IMG/VR virus record: IMGVR_UViG_3300047586_000088
Coordinates: 1 to 53,950 of that record
Length of the DNA: 53,950 nucleotides
Reading direction: 5' to 3' (one strand)
DNA from: a virus
Taxonomy: Duplodnaviria; Caudoviricetes
Made by a program: the position numbers and the translations under genes. This document shows, one piece after another, positions 8,056-18,773 of the stretch (position 1 is the first letter of the stretch; every line of letters begins with the position of its first letter). The notes under the pieces are model-generated. The model saw nothing but the letters and a program-made list of their open reading frames with translations. It was not told the origin of the DNA and searched no databases.

Positions 8056-9285
8056 CTAACCGATGATGACTGCCTGTGAGCGCCCCACGGCGACGACCTC
8101 GACCTGGTTGACCCCGACGATGTTGCAGAATCTGGCCGTCGTGTCCGCCCCGAAGATGCTCGACATGTTGCCGTCGCGCACCGTGTACGTATCGCTGGCG
8201 ACGCTGTAACTCGCGATCCACGGCGCTCCCCAGGGCCCGAGGATGGTCGGCGGGGCCATCGTCACCAACAGCAACGTGGAGTCGATCCACTTGGCCGCGC
8301 GAACGCTGTTGGGCGCGGCGGAGAGAGTCGTCCAGGTCGATCCTCCGTTCGTGGAGGTGTAGAGGCTGCCGTATCCGGCGGCGTCGAAGCTACAGAGCGT
8401 CGTGGTCGCGTCCGGTGCACCCGTCAGCGCCCCGCCGTAATCCGTGTAGGGTGGTGTCAGGGACGAGAGGCTCGAGCCGCCATTAGTGGTTTTGCGCTGA
8501 CCGCCGTACCGGAGGGTGCTCGTGCCCCAGTAGACGGTCTGAAGTGTGCTACTCTGTAGCGGCGCGAACTGGGTCTGGATCTGCGAGCTGCCGTCGTATG
8601 CCGACGAGAGGGTGTGCCCGCCGTTCGAGGACCTGACCCAGGCGAGCACATCGCCGCTGTGGGAGTTGTAGGATGCGTGAATGGTCGCGCCGTCAGTCGA
8701 TATGGCCAGGCCGACCCAGCCATTGAATGCCCAACCGTAGAACGTGTTGAACGAGACAGCCGTCCATGTGCCCCCCTGGTCGTGGCTGTGGACCAGGTAC
8801 TGCGTCGTGCCGCCGGGCCGTGTCGTGGAGACGCCCGCCGCGACGATGCCGCTGGCCGTGCCTACCGCTCCGACCGTGATCGCCGTGATCGTGCTGTCGG
8901 CGACCAGGGTTTTGAAGGCGGCCAGCCCCAGGCAGTTAGTCCAGGCACCGCTATGTCGAATGTCGTCGCACCGCCAGAGCGCGTAACTGTCGCCGCTCGC
9001 GCCGTCGTACAGCGCCCCGTATACCCTGTCCAGCGGAGCGTCGATATCCAGCGCCCAGGTGGAGAGCGCGTCGTTGCCAGGGATGGGGCGATCGGGCAGT
9101 CCGCTGACGTTGTTCGTCCAGGTGGGGGATGCCGCCAGCACGTCAGGAGTCCAGATCATGTACGGGTGAGTGTCGGAGTGGCCTGCCGCGAAGCAGAACA
9201 GCCCGGTCGGAGGCGGCGGCGGGGTAGTGGTCAGCGCCTTGCCGCTACTCGTGAGCAGGTGTCCGCTCGAGCCGAGGATCGCCAT
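8056..9285 (-). CDS. Tail-associated beta-propeller protein with Asp-box/BNR repeats
   Basis: SHDQGGTW, SSNGGHT, STNGGSTW. Confidence 0.75.
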   Translation of the reverse strand: MAILGSSGHLLTSSGKALTTTPPPPPTGLFCFAAGHSDTHPYMIWTPDVLAASPTWTNNVSGLPDRPIPGNDALSTWALDIDAPLDRVYGALYDGASGDSYALWRCDDIRHSGAWTNCLGLAAFKTLVADSTITAITVGAVGTASGIVAAGVSTTRPGGTTQYLVHSHDQGGTWTAVSFNTFYGWAFNGWVGLAISTDGATIHASYNSHSGDVLAWVRSSNGGHTLSSAYDGSSQIQTQFAPLQSSTLQTVYWGTSTLRYGGQRKTTNGGSSLSSLTPPYTDYGGALTGAPDATTTLCSFDAAGYGSLYTSTNGGSTWTTLSAAPNSVRAAKWIDSTLLLVTMAPPTILGPWGAPWIASYSVASDTYTVRDGNMSSIFGADTTARFCNIVGVNQVEVVAVGRSQAVIIG

Positions 9286-10665
9286 CTACGTCACCGCCCA
9301 GGACAGGAAGGTCGCACCGCACGGATAGGTCCCGTTGTTGCTCTCGACGTAGACGCCTATGTGTGTTGGGGTGATGTAGTCGGTCCTGGTCTGCTGGTCG
9401 AACTGAATGAAGTGCTGCCCATCTACCGACCAGTAGAAGGTACGGTTGGTGTTGTTGTCGTTGATGCGCAGCCAGACCATCTGCTGGCTGAAGCAGGCGA
9501 CGGACGTGTAACCTCCACTCCAAGAAGTAGCCGAGCTGTACTTTTCATCTCCCAGGGCCGGCGTCGGCGTTCCGCCATAGTGGAATACCACGAGCTTCCC
9601 GTCGTCCTGCTGTAGCACGATGCCTGCAGCGTTGTACTGGACAGAATGTCCGTGGAACAGCATAGCGATCGTGAACGTGTAGGGGGCAGCCGGGGCGGCG
9701 ATCATCAGACCCTTGACGTTGTTGCCGGCAGCAGCGGGCGCGTACAGGTAGAACCCGCCATTGGTCTCGTCGACCGTGGCGGAGCCCTGGTTGAGCCAGG
9801 TCAGCGTCGATACCGCGGGCGGCGGGGTCAGCGGGAAGATCGGTCCCCATGGCGCCTGAGCCGCCCCGCTGTACCTATACAGGCTCGATCCGTTGTTCGG
9901 CAGCCAGAGGTCGCCTGTGGCGGGAGTGCTCGGCGGACTCGCGTAGGCGGAAGTCGTGGTCGCGTTGCCGCCGGCGCCCCCGGCGGGCGTGTAGCGCGCG
10001 ACTCCCGAACCCTGGTCGGAGAGCGTGCCGTTCGGCAGCTCGAGCACGGTCGCCGTCACGGACGGGGAGGCGTCCACCTCGCGGATCGTGATCGCGCCGC
10101 CGCCCACGGGCGCCGCCCAGATGAGATGGTGCGTCGTGGGATCGACGGTCAGCACCTGGCCGTCAGAGCCCTTGGCGAGATGCGATGGCGCGCCCGACGC
10201 TCCCCCGACGATCAAATCATCCTCAGCCGTCATCGGGTTGTCGACGAGGAGGATCGCGGCGCCGCCAGCGGCCCGCTTGTAGACCTTGCCGCTCTTTGTG
10301 TAGATGTCTGTGTGACCCGTCGCGGGCGCGGTCGGGTCCGAACCCTGGTCCTCGAAGTTGACAGCCTGGACAAGCGCATCGTCGGAGGCGATGTCGACCG
10401 TCTCTAGCGACCCACCCGCCGGCGCCGAGGCAACCCACTTGCCCGACGCCGCGTCCCAGGTGACTACCTCGCCGTCACCTGGTGTGTCAGTCGAGTCGAC
10501 GTCGGTATGCTTCGCGCCCCAGAATGCATGCGCGGCGAGGCTCGACACGGGCACCGCGCCTCGGACGTTCGCGCCGTTGATGACCAGCCCGTCGAGCCGC
10601 TCGTTGATCCGCTCGTCGATGTGCCGGATCAGGGCGGCCAGTGGGTTCGGTCCCTGTCCTGCCAT
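9286..10665 (-). CDS. Tail fibre/receptor-binding protein
   Basis: Fibre-like G/T-rich segments; C-terminal lectin/GH-like beta-sandwich (YWSVDGQHF). Confidence 0.7.
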   Translation of the reverse strand: MAGQGPNPLAALIRHIDERINERLDGLVINGANVRGAVPVSSLAAHAFWGAKHTDVDSTDTPGDGEVVTWDAASGKWVASAPAGGSLETVDIASDDALVQAVNFEDQGSDPTAPATGHTDIYTKSGKVYKRAAGGAAILLVDNPMTAEDDLIVGGASGAPSHLAKGSDGQVLTVDPTTHHLIWAAPVGGGAITIREVDASPSVTATVLELPNGTLSDQGSGVARYTPAGGAGGNATTTSAYASPPSTPATGDLWLPNNGSSLYRYSGAAQAPWGPIFPLTPPPAVSTLTWLNQGSATVDETNGGFYLYAPAAAGNNVKGLMIAAPAAPYTFTIAMLFHGHSVQYNAAGIVLQQDDGKLVVFHYGGTPTPALGDEKYSSATSWSGGYTSVACFSQQMVWLRINDNNTNRTFYWSVDGQHFIQFDQQTRTDYITPTHIGVYVESNNGTYPCGATFLSWAVT

Positions 10666-10666
10666 C

Positions 10667-13600
10667 TCAGCCCCTCGGGTCCACGGCCAGGCCGTAGAGG
10701 TCGACGTTCGTTCCCCAGGTGGGATCGCCCACACTCGTCAGGTTGACCAGGTCGGCGCTGTACCAGGCCGCCGCCCCGTTGCCCGCACTGTTGCTGCCCG
10801 CGCCGTAGTACCTGGGCATGTCGGAGGATGCCGGCTGCCAGATCGCCGTCGCGTGAGCGCCCCGGGGCGTGCTGCCCGCCGCGACCCAGGTCGCGCCCCC
10901 GTCGGTCGTGATCTTGTAACTGCCCGCCAGCTCGACGGCGAAGCGGAGGTTGTCCTTCGGCGCGCCCCAGAGCGCGACGGCGCCCAGGATCGGCGTCGAG
11001 TTGCCGAACGCAGTCATCGCCCCGCTGACTACGTGGTAGAGAGAGCCCGCGCCGCCGTAGTAGGCGGGCACGTAGAGTCCGCTGGGCGAGGCTCCCGAGG
11101 GCGCGGTCCGCGCGAGCGCGAGCAGTGGCGTGTAGGTGCCCGCGACGACCGGCGAGCCCCAGGTCGCGCCGGAGTCCACGCTCTTGTAGAGGTACACCGC
11201 CCCAGTCCCCCAGGTATCGGAGGTGATGTACCAGAGAACGGCTGCCGAGAGCGGGTCGCAGGTGAGGCCGATGCGCGAGACGGACGTGGGAGTGAGCATC
11301 AGTGCGTCGTCGTCTTCTACCTTGCCCTGAATCGTCCAGGTGCTGCCCTGATTCGTGGATCGTGCCGCCCAGAACGTGTGGTGAACGTAGAGGCCGAAGA
11401 CGCCGAGCGAGACGGCGTGGATGTAGGCGTAGACGGCCCCGCCCGCGGCCACGTCGTAGGCGTCGACCGTCACGGCGGAGATGTCGCCGTCGGGGATGCC
11501 CTGAGCCACCACGAGCGCCCTTGCCTGGGCGACGGAGAGCACCGAGGTCCACGACCCCGCCGTCTGCCAGTCGGAGGCGTAGTAGATCGCGCTGTCCACC
11601 CGCACGTAGGCGCGGCCGTTGCTGGTCGGATCGAGTCTGACGTCGTAGGCCGTGCCCGATCCTGGCAGCCCTGTCGAGATGGCCGTCCAGCTCGGGGTCG
11701 GCGCGAAGACGTCGCCGCACCACCAGACGGCGGGCGCCGTGCCGACGAGACCAGAGGCCAGCACCCGCGCGCCCGTCGCCGGCGCCACTACCCAAGACGC
11801 CGCACTCTGACCGACCATCTTGGAGTGGAGCGCGCCGCTCGCCGCTCGGAACTGTAGCCAGCGATCGCCCGAGTCGGGCGACTTCCAGAGCCCGGTCGCC
11901 TCGTCGCAGGCGAGGAGCAGCCCGGTCAGCGTGTCGTCGTTCATGCTGTAGTTGATGGTCGTCGATCCGGGCACCGACGTCGCCGCGATCGCCGCCTGGC
12001 GGCTCGTCGTGTAGTCGCTACGATAGACCCTGCCATCGCGCACGATCATGTGGATCCGGGGCCGGCCCGCGTCCTGGGTGATCGCCCGGACGTCGGCCAC
12101 GTCGCTGGCCAGGCCGGGCATCTCGGGAGGATAGTGACTACCGCCCGTCAGTCCCTCCTGGCGGACCGCAATGTCGTCGGTGCCGATGCCGCAGACCCAG
12201 TGGTCGGGCGCGTACTCGTTGCCCCTGACCATCGCGTCGCCGATCGCCACGCGCATCGCCTGGGTTTGGAACGAGGTCAGCACTATCCAGGTCGTGTACG
12301 GCGGGCGCGCGATGTACTCGTTCTGGCCGGCGCAATACCTGACGAGGCCATCCCAGCCGCGATGGATGTCGGTAATGGCAGCCGCGTCGTCGTGGACGAG
12401 AGTCCAGTCGGTGCCGCCGTTCAGGGTCCGCCAGAGGTTGCCGTTGGCGAGCCCGACCCACCATTCACTCTGGCTGCCGTAGTAGACCCAGATGCAGTTG
12501 ATGGCCGCCGCGAATGTATGCACCAGCGTCGGCGCGGTTCTGAGGTAGTCGCTCGTGCTGACGAGGCGACCGTCTGAGAGGCCGAAGAGCCCAGTGCCCT
12601 GTGCTGGGTGCCGTGGTGTCGAGATGACGGTCGCGCCCGCCGGTGTCCACGTCTGCCACGTGAGCCCGCCGTCGTCGGAGGCCTCCGCCCGGCCCGCGAA
12701 GGCGTGGTAGTAGTCGCGGATCACCTGCGTCGTCGTCGAGGTGATCGCCTTGCTGACGTGGTCCTCGTTGGCCGCGGGGTCGGTCACGCTGAGCGTGATC
12801 GTCTGCCCCGCCGCGAGCTCCGAGGCGGTGAACCACGTCACGTAGCGAGTCTCGCTGCCCACGTCGGCGTTGGCGCTGTTGCTCCAGGCGAGCGTGAGCG
12901 TGTCGGGTGCGTCGTCGTAGTCGCGGGCAGCGCTGACGCAGAAGGCGAAGTAGAGCGTGCCCTCGCCGGGGAATGACTCGCGCTCGAGCGTCAGCGTGAA
13001 GTCGGCAATGGGCGGGGAGCCCGTGCTGTAGCCCGCGTCGCCGACGCCGCCCTCGACCTGGACGTCGGTCATGTAGCCGCTGGCGTTGACCTTGTGGCTG
13101 ACCGAGGTCACGAAGTAGTTGGTGGCCACGTCGATCCCGAAGCCGGGCGCGAGGATGCTATCCGTCTGCCCTGGCACGACGTAGGGGTTGCCGAGGAGGT
13201 CGAACGACTGCTTCTCGACCCTCCTGTTGAGCTCGAGCATCCAGAGGCGGGCGACCTCGTCGGCCATCGCGTCGGTGTCGACGAGTGCCGAACTCGTCTT
13301 GTACTGAACGTAGCCCGAGACGTAGGGGCTCGGCGCCTGGCGGCTCCTGAGCACGCTGGCGTCGGGGTGTCCCTCGACGACGACGCGGTTGCGGATGCCC
13401 GAGATGGTGCGGTCCCTGCTGGGATCGCCGAAGAGGTCGACGCCCTCGACGAAGGCGAACGCCGCGCTCGCCGAGGGCACCTTGTTCATCTGGACGCGGT
13501 ATACCCTGCCGCCTGGCCCGTCGCAGGTGTAGCAGCGCTCGACGTCGTCGATGTCGTTGATGAGGCTCGCGTAACTCTTGCCCTCGGCGAGCACCACGTC

Positions 13601-14053
13601 CTCGACGGTCCCGAAAGTGGCCCAGCCGGCCGAGAGGTCGTAGTCCGTGATACCCGCGGCAGTCAGGCAGTCGCCGATGATCGTCTTGCCCTCGGTGACT
13701 GACCAGGCAAGCCCGCCGACGCCTGGCGCCTGCTCAGCGCGCGCCATCGGCCCCTGGGCGGAGAGCGTCCAGACTCCGTTCTCGAGCCTGGCGCCGTCGT
13801 CGAGCACCTGGCCCTTGAAGATGCACTCGACCTCGCCGTTCCACCCCGCCCATATCTCGAGGTCCTCGCCGCCCGCGTACCAGTCGGGTAGTTGCGTGAG
13901 CGTTACGCTCCCCGAACTGACCATCTGGGAGACGGCGTAAGAGCACGACGCCTCCAGCACCCACGAGGCGTCGACCGTGCGATGCCCGAGGACCACCTGG
14001 AGGGCGGGCACTCTGCCGTGCGGGTTGGCGCGGATCGTGTCGATGAGGGCCAA
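10667..14053 (-). CDS. Tail tip/baseplate hub protein with C-terminal Asp-box propellers
   Basis: 1128 aa downstream of TMP/Dit; hub-like N-terminus; SDDGGLTW, TLNGGTDW, SVDSGATW, TTDGGATW. Confidence 0.8.
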   Translation of the reverse strand: MALIDTIRANPHGRVPALQVVLGHRTVDASWVLEASCSYAVSQMVSSGSVTLTQLPDWYAGGEDLEIWAGWNGEVECIFKGQVLDDGARLENGVWTLSAQGPMARAEQAPGVGGLAWSVTEGKTIIGDCLTAAGITDYDLSAGWATFGTVEDVVLAEGKSYASLINDIDDVERCYTCDGPGGRVYRVQMNKVPSASAAFAFVEGVDLFGDPSRDRTISGIRNRVVVEGHPDASVLRSRQAPSPYVSGYVQYKTSSALVDTDAMADEVARLWMLELNRRVEKQSFDLLGNPYVVPGQTDSILAPGFGIDVATNYFVTSVSHKVNASGYMTDVQVEGGVGDAGYSTGSPPIADFTLTLERESFPGEGTLYFAFCVSAARDYDDAPDTLTLAWSNSANADVGSETRYVTWFTASELAAGQTITLSVTDPAANEDHVSKAITSTTTQVIRDYYHAFAGRAEASDDGGLTWQTWTPAGATVISTPRHPAQGTGLFGLSDGRLVSTSDYLRTAPTLVHTFAAAINCIWVYYGSQSEWWVGLANGNLWRTLNGGTDWTLVHDDAAAITDIHRGWDGLVRYCAGQNEYIARPPYTTWIVLTSFQTQAMRVAIGDAMVRGNEYAPDHWVCGIGTDDIAVRQEGLTGGSHYPPEMPGLASDVADVRAITQDAGRPRIHMIVRDGRVYRSDYTTSRQAAIAATSVPGSTTINYSMNDDTLTGLLLACDEATGLWKSPDSGDRWLQFRAASGALHSKMVGQSAASWVVAPATGARVLASGLVGTAPAVWWCGDVFAPTPSWTAISTGLPGSGTAYDVRLDPTSNGRAYVRVDSAIYYASDWQTAGSWTSVLSVAQARALVVAQGIPDGDISAVTVDAYDVAAGGAVYAYIHAVSLGVFGLYVHHTFWAARSTNQGSTWTIQGKVEDDDALMLTPTSVSRIGLTCDPLSAAVLWYITSDTWGTGAVYLYKSVDSGATWGSPVVAGTYTPLLALARTAPSGASPSGLYVPAYYGGAGSLYHVVSGAMTAFGNSTPILGAVALWGAPKDNLRFAVELAGSYKITTDGGATWVAAGSTPRGAHATAIWQPASSDMPRYYGAGSNSAGNGAAAWYSADLVNLTSVGDPTWGTNVDLYGLAVDPRG

Positions 14054-14055
14054 GA

Positions 14056-14400
14056 TTAACTCTCCCGGCTGAACTGGAGGTCGAGCTGCCAGAAGTCCAG
14101 GATCGGGTGTCGACGCTTCCCCGTCGCCTGGTCGAGGCAGGCCGCGGGGAACGTGACGCCGTCGCGGACGAGCTCGCGCGGCGTGACGCTCACGGCGGCC
14201 GTCAGAGTGTCGACGTCGGCCTCCGTGAGCCTCGAGGCTGTTACGGCAAGGGTGTAGTCGCCTGAGCCCGTGTCGATCTTGTAGTCGAAGGAACCGTTGA
14301 CCGGAGAGAGCCGAACGATCCTCCGCTCCCGATTCCAGTCGGGCACGAGGTCGCCCGACCAGAACTCCTCGAACGTGACGCCGGCGTAGGTCGTGGCCAT
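14056..14400 (-). CDS. Putative distal tail protein
   Basis: Position immediately after the TMP. Confidence 0.55.
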   Translation of the reverse strand: MATTYAGVTFEEFWSGDLVPDWNRERRIVRLSPVNGSFDYKIDTGSGDYTLAVTASRLTEADVDTLTAAVSVTPRELVRDGVTFPAACLDQATGKRRHPILDFWQLDLQFSRES

Positions 14401-14408
14401 GATCCCTC

Positions 14409-17400
14409 CTAGCCCGTGACCGAGCCGAGCGGTCGGCGGCTGCGGCTGCTGATCTGCCCCTGGACGAGCTCGCCGAGCACCTTCGAGATCCTCTCGGCGA
14501 GGCGATCCTCGTCGGCCTCGTTCTGGACCGTCACATTGGCGATGAGCGGCCCGTTGATCACCAGACCCCGAGGCTCCGCGCCGACCGTGCTCGACGGCAC
14601 GAGCGTCCTCTCGAGTCGGTCATTCGGGACGATCAAGCCCGGCATCCTCGGCACGAACACCTCGGGACCGCGCTCGCCGACGACGTAGGGAGAACCCGCC
14701 TGCACGGGACCGCCCGTCTGTCTCGGCGGTAGGGATAACTGCACCTCGGACAGCATCTCCGGCATGGTCCTCAGTGCGTCGGCGACACGGTTGAGCGCGA
14801 CCTCGATGCCCGCGGGGAATGCAACGCCGATACTCCGGGCGGAAGTCGCGATGTCTGGGGCGCCCCGCGCGTCGCTCAGCATCCGTCTGGACTCGGGAGC
14901 CGTAAACACCTGAGCGCCCTTCGGCACGTAGGCGGTCGTCGGCCTCGGCACGTAGACGATCTCGCCCCCTCGCTCGGCGAGATCGGCGATCCCGCCGGGA
15001 GCGGAGCTGGTGCCCGATGCGAAGCCCAGCCGCCTCTCAGCGTCGGCGATCTTCTGGAGGTTCAGGTTGTCGATGTGGGAGCGGAGTGCCGCGAGCTTTG
15101 CCTCGGCCTTTGAGAGACCCGCCGCCAGACCCGCCGAGATGCGCTGGCCAATCGTCAGGCCGTCAGAGTAGGCGAAGCTGGAGGCCACCGCCGTCGCCTT
15201 GTTGACCATCGCGGCGGCCGCACTATTCACGCTCCCCTGCTTGCTGGGGATGCCTGACGCCGCACCAGCCCCCCAGGCCATGCCCGACGAGGATCCGGCC
15301 GCCCTGGCCGTGGCATCGACGGTTACGGGCATCTGGTTCAGTGCCGAGAGGGCCGCGCTGTTGAGGGTCAGCTGGCCGGCGGTGACTCCGCCCGCCGCGC
15401 CAGTGCTCCAGGCCGCTCCCGTCGAGGTTCCGTGCAGCTCGGCGTTCGGGAGCATGGACGTCGTCGCACCGCCGACAGTGGTGCTCATGTCCAGACCGAG
15501 GGCCGCCTGCTGGCTCTTGATGTCGGCGCCGAGGGAGTTTGCCCAGGCCTGCGCGGCGTCGCCGAGTCCGAGCGGCGCCCCCTTCAGGGCGTTGGCGAGC
15601 GGCTGGGCGATGTTGTCGAGGACCCACTGCTCTGCATTGAAGCTAATCTTGGGCATCTGGATCCCAGAGAGCCCTGCAAACAGGGAGTCGACGGCCCCCT
15701 TGGCCGTGCCGAAGGCCCCCGTGATCGCATCTCGGATGCCGTTGACCGTGTCGGTGATCGGCTTGGTCAGCCCATTCCAGGCTGCCTGAATCGCGGCTAT
15801 CGTGTCAGGGACGATGGACTTGCCGACCAGGAGGTCGTAGATCGACTGGAAGCCGCCGACGATCAGGTCGACCAGTTGCTTGACCGGCTTCGGGATGACG
15901 TTGTCGACGAAGTTTTGCCAGTCACTCTTGATCGCGTCGAGGGTCGGCTGGAAGTCGATGGTCGGCAGGGTAATGGCCGGGAAGGCGAGGGTCGGGAGAG
16001 TCGGGAGAGTGATAGTCGGCAGATTTAGCCCCTTGATCCCCTCGTCCCAGTCCTTCTTGAGACCGTCCCAGAGGCCCTTCAGGTAAGGGGCCAGGGCTTT
16101 GCCGTCTAGCCAGTCACCGAGCATTGTCGAGAAGTCGACGGCCTTCTTCCAGGCGCCACCGATCCATCCGCCGATGCTCGCGAAGCCATCGGAGATAGTC
16201 GACTTCCAAAGCTCGATCTGGGTGGAGATGGTGGAACCTACGGATGCCACAGACTGCCCGACACTCGACACCGCAGCACCGATCGGTCCAGTGATCCCGC
16301 TCAAATCGATTGGCGTGTTCAGGGCCTTCCAGACCGTGCTCAACGTGCCTCCGAGCGCGGCGAACTGAGGGCCGATAAAACCTCCAACGTCAGAAGCGAC
16401 CTTACCCAGGGTACTTCCCAGATCGCCTACGGCGGTTCGGAACCCTTCCGACGAGTTGTATGCGTAGATGAACCCACCGACGAGGGCAGCGATGGCCACT
16501 CCGGCGATGACAAACGGTGAGGCTACAATACCCGCCGCGGCAGCAAGGGCGGCGAGTGCGATTTCCAAGCCCGTCGTGGCAATGGCCGCCGCCGAAACCG
16601 CCACCGTATACACTGCGAGTTCTACGGCTATCGTCCCGAAGAATCCCATTACCGCCTTGCCGGAAGGCGACCCGAGCCAGTCGCCAAGAGACTTGAGAGA
16701 ACTCATGAGGCCGTCGATAGCCGTAGTCACGTCGGCGGCCCCGATATCGGCCGCGCTCATCTTGACCTGGCCCCAGACGTCAGCCCACTTGATGCTTACC
16801 CAGACAGACTTCAGCCACTCAAGCACCGTGTTGGCGATGGGCGGGATGCCCGCGATGAGGCCTGAGCCAATGGAAGATGCTTCCGCCCAGACGTCAGCCC
16901 ACTTCACGCTCTGCCACTGAGCCCCCAGCCAGGTCGTTACGTCGGAGACGATGCTGCCCAGAGCAGTCCCGATATCCGTCGCGACGCCAGTCACCTTCGA
17001 CCAGACGTCGGCCCACTTGACGCCAGCGAACTGGTTGCCCAGCCAGGTGGTCACGCTCGACACGATGCCCGGCAGCTTCGACGCCAGATCGCCGCCAGTC
17101 ACCTTGACCTTGGCCCAGACGGACGCCCAGTTGATCCCCGCGAACTGGGTTCCGAGCCAGGTCGTCACGGTGCCGGCGATACCCTTGGCAGTGGACCAGA
17201 TGCCCGACCAATCGATCCCCCCGATGGCTCCCTGGACTTTGGTCAGCAGCCCCTCGCCGAGCCCCTTGAGCGTTCCCCAGACGTTTGCCCAGTCGATGCC
17301 CGAGAATATCCTCTTGATTTCCTCGGCCACCCCGGCGAAGTTGCCCGTCTGGAAGGCATTCTTGAGGATCTTGCCGAACTGGCCGATCTCCTCGACGACC

Positions 17401-18773
17401 ATCTTGACCTTGTAGGCCATGTCGGGGCCGAAGATGTCCTGGAATGACAGATACAGATTGGTCCAACCCGCGCCCGACACGACATCGGCGACCCCGCCGA
17501 GCACCTTGCCGACCGTCTCGATCAGCGGCGTGATCTTCTCCAGCGCCCCTGGCAGAGCATCGCCGAACTTGGAGATCAGCGTCGCCACGGTCGGCAGCAG
17601 GGCGTTGCCGATCGTGTCCTTGACGTTCTGGAAGGCAGCCGCGATCTTCTTCTGACTCTGCTCGATTCCCGTGCCGTTCTTGGCCAGGTAGTCCTGCGCC
17701 TTGGCGGTGCCCTTCAGGATGAGTGAGAGACGAGCCTGGGCCATCGCGTTGTCCGAGACCGACTTTGTGCTCTTTGCCAGTCCGAGTCTGACGGCCTCTT
17801 GCTTGATCTGGGCCGTGGTAAGGACGATCCCATAGTCCTTCAGGCCCTTCGTCGCGCCCGTCACGCCCTTGTAGATGGCCTCGTATGCGTCCGCGATGGG
17901 GATGCCCTTCACCAGAGCCTCGGCGGAGGCGATCTTGAGGATCTGCTCCGCCATGGTCGCCGCTTTCGGCGCTCCGATGCCCAGGTTCTCGAGCATCAGG
18001 GCCGACTTTTCATTGAACCCGAGTGCCTCGCTCTCCGCGATGCCAAGGGACTGCGCGACCGTCTTGGACCAGTTGATGACTCCAGCGGCGCTCTTGCCAA
18101 AGACGGCGTTGGTCAGGGCGATCTGCTTGTTGAGGTTGACGGCCGCATTGACTGGCCCCATGATCGCGCTGGCCATTCCCCCGACGGCGATAATCATCGC
18201 CTTGATACCGATGGCCGCGAGTCCGATCTTGCCGAGGACCGACGTCAGCCCACCGATCGCACGGATGGGTGCCGTGAACGCGGACCCCAGCCCGCCGGCG
18301 GCCGTCCGAAGCGCGTTTATGGGCACCGCGGTGATTCGGCCCACGGCGGACGCGAGGGTCCCGACAGCGCGGATCGGCGCCGTGAGCACGGAGCCCAGGC
18401 CGCTGACGGCTCCTCGGAGCACGTTCACGGAAGCCGAGCTGATTCCGCCCACGACGGATGCGAGAGAGCTGGCTGCCCTCGCCGGAAGCGAGAACGCCGA
18501 ACCGAGGCCGTTCACCGAGGAGGTGACGGCGCCCAACGAGAGACGGCCGAGCGCCTGGAGCGGTGATGCCAGCTTCGACGACAGGCTCGCGCCGACCGAG
18601 GCCATCTGCTGATTGACACCTGATAACTTCTGGCCCAGGCCGGCGAAACTCGACTCGATCTTCTTGGCCGCCGCGTCGGCTTTGGCCTTGGCCTCAGAGA
18701 GGTCCCGATCGAGCTGGTCGAGGGTCGCCCGGATCGGAACGACGGCTGTCCCGAGGATCGTCTCTCCTGCCAC
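14409..18773 (-). CDS. Tape measure protein
   Basis: 1454 aa A/G-rich helical protein with Trp-spaced repeats and C-terminal VGERGPEVFVP motif. Confidence 0.95.
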   Translation of the reverse strand: MAGETILGTAVVPIRATLDQLDRDLSEAKAKADAAAKKIESSFAGLGQKLSGVNQQMASVGASLSSKLASPLQALGRLSLGAVTSSVNGLGSAFSLPARAASSLASVVGGISSASVNVLRGAVSGLGSVLTAPIRAVGTLASAVGRITAVPINALRTAAGGLGSAFTAPIRAIGGLTSVLGKIGLAAIGIKAMIIAVGGMASAIMGPVNAAVNLNKQIALTNAVFGKSAAGVINWSKTVAQSLGIAESEALGFNEKSALMLENLGIGAPKAATMAEQILKIASAEALVKGIPIADAYEAIYKGVTGATKGLKDYGIVLTTAQIKQEAVRLGLAKSTKSVSDNAMAQARLSLILKGTAKAQDYLAKNGTGIEQSQKKIAAAFQNVKDTIGNALLPTVATLISKFGDALPGALEKITPLIETVGKVLGGVADVVSGAGWTNLYLSFQDIFGPDMAYKVKMVVEEIGQFGKILKNAFQTGNFAGVAEEIKRIFSGIDWANVWGTLKGLGEGLLTKVQGAIGGIDWSGIWSTAKGIAGTVTTWLGTQFAGINWASVWAKVKVTGGDLASKLPGIVSSVTTWLGNQFAGVKWADVWSKVTGVATDIGTALGSIVSDVTTWLGAQWQSVKWADVWAEASSIGSGLIAGIPPIANTVLEWLKSVWVSIKWADVWGQVKMSAADIGAADVTTAIDGLMSSLKSLGDWLGSPSGKAVMGFFGTIAVELAVYTVAVSAAAIATTGLEIALAALAAAAGIVASPFVIAGVAIAALVGGFIYAYNSSEGFRTAVGDLGSTLGKVASDVGGFIGPQFAALGGTLSTVWKALNTPIDLSGITGPIGAAVSSVGQSVASVGSTISTQIELWKSTISDGFASIGGWIGGAWKKAVDFSTMLGDWLDGKALAPYLKGLWDGLKKDWDEGIKGLNLPTITLPTLPTLAFPAITLPTIDFQPTLDAIKSDWQNFVDNVIPKPVKQLVDLIVGGFQSIYDLLVGKSIVPDTIAAIQAAWNGLTKPITDTVNGIRDAITGAFGTAKGAVDSLFAGLSGIQMPKISFNAEQWVLDNIAQPLANALKGAPLGLGDAAQAWANSLGADIKSQQAALGLDMSTTVGGATTSMLPNAELHGTSTGAAWSTGAAGGVTAGQLTLNSAALSALNQMPVTVDATARAAGSSSGMAWGAGAASGIPSKQGSVNSAAAAMVNKATAVASSFAYSDGLTIGQRISAGLAAGLSKAEAKLAALRSHIDNLNLQKIADAERRLGFASGTSSAPGGIADLAERGGEIVYVPRPTTAYVPKGAQVFTAPESRRMLSDARGAPDIATSARSIGVAFPAGIEVALNRVADALRTMPEMLSEVQLSLPPRQTGGPVQAGSPYVVGERGPEVFVPRMPGLIVPNDRLERTLVPSSTVGAEPRGLVINGPLIANVTVQNEADEDRLAERISKVLGELVQGQISSRSRRPLGSVTG

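Noticed and set aside
10358-11857. Long plus-strand ORFs opposite structural genes (also 25366..26763, 26648..27817, 47240..48436)
   Set aside because: Shadow ORFs typical of high-GC DNA; they are antisense to well-supported genes and lack recognisable motifs.
8056-14053. Diversity-generating retroelement targeting tail proteins
   Set aside because: No reverse transcriptase ORF and no TR/VR pair differing at adenines was seen; the 3658/35950 homology differs at all base types.
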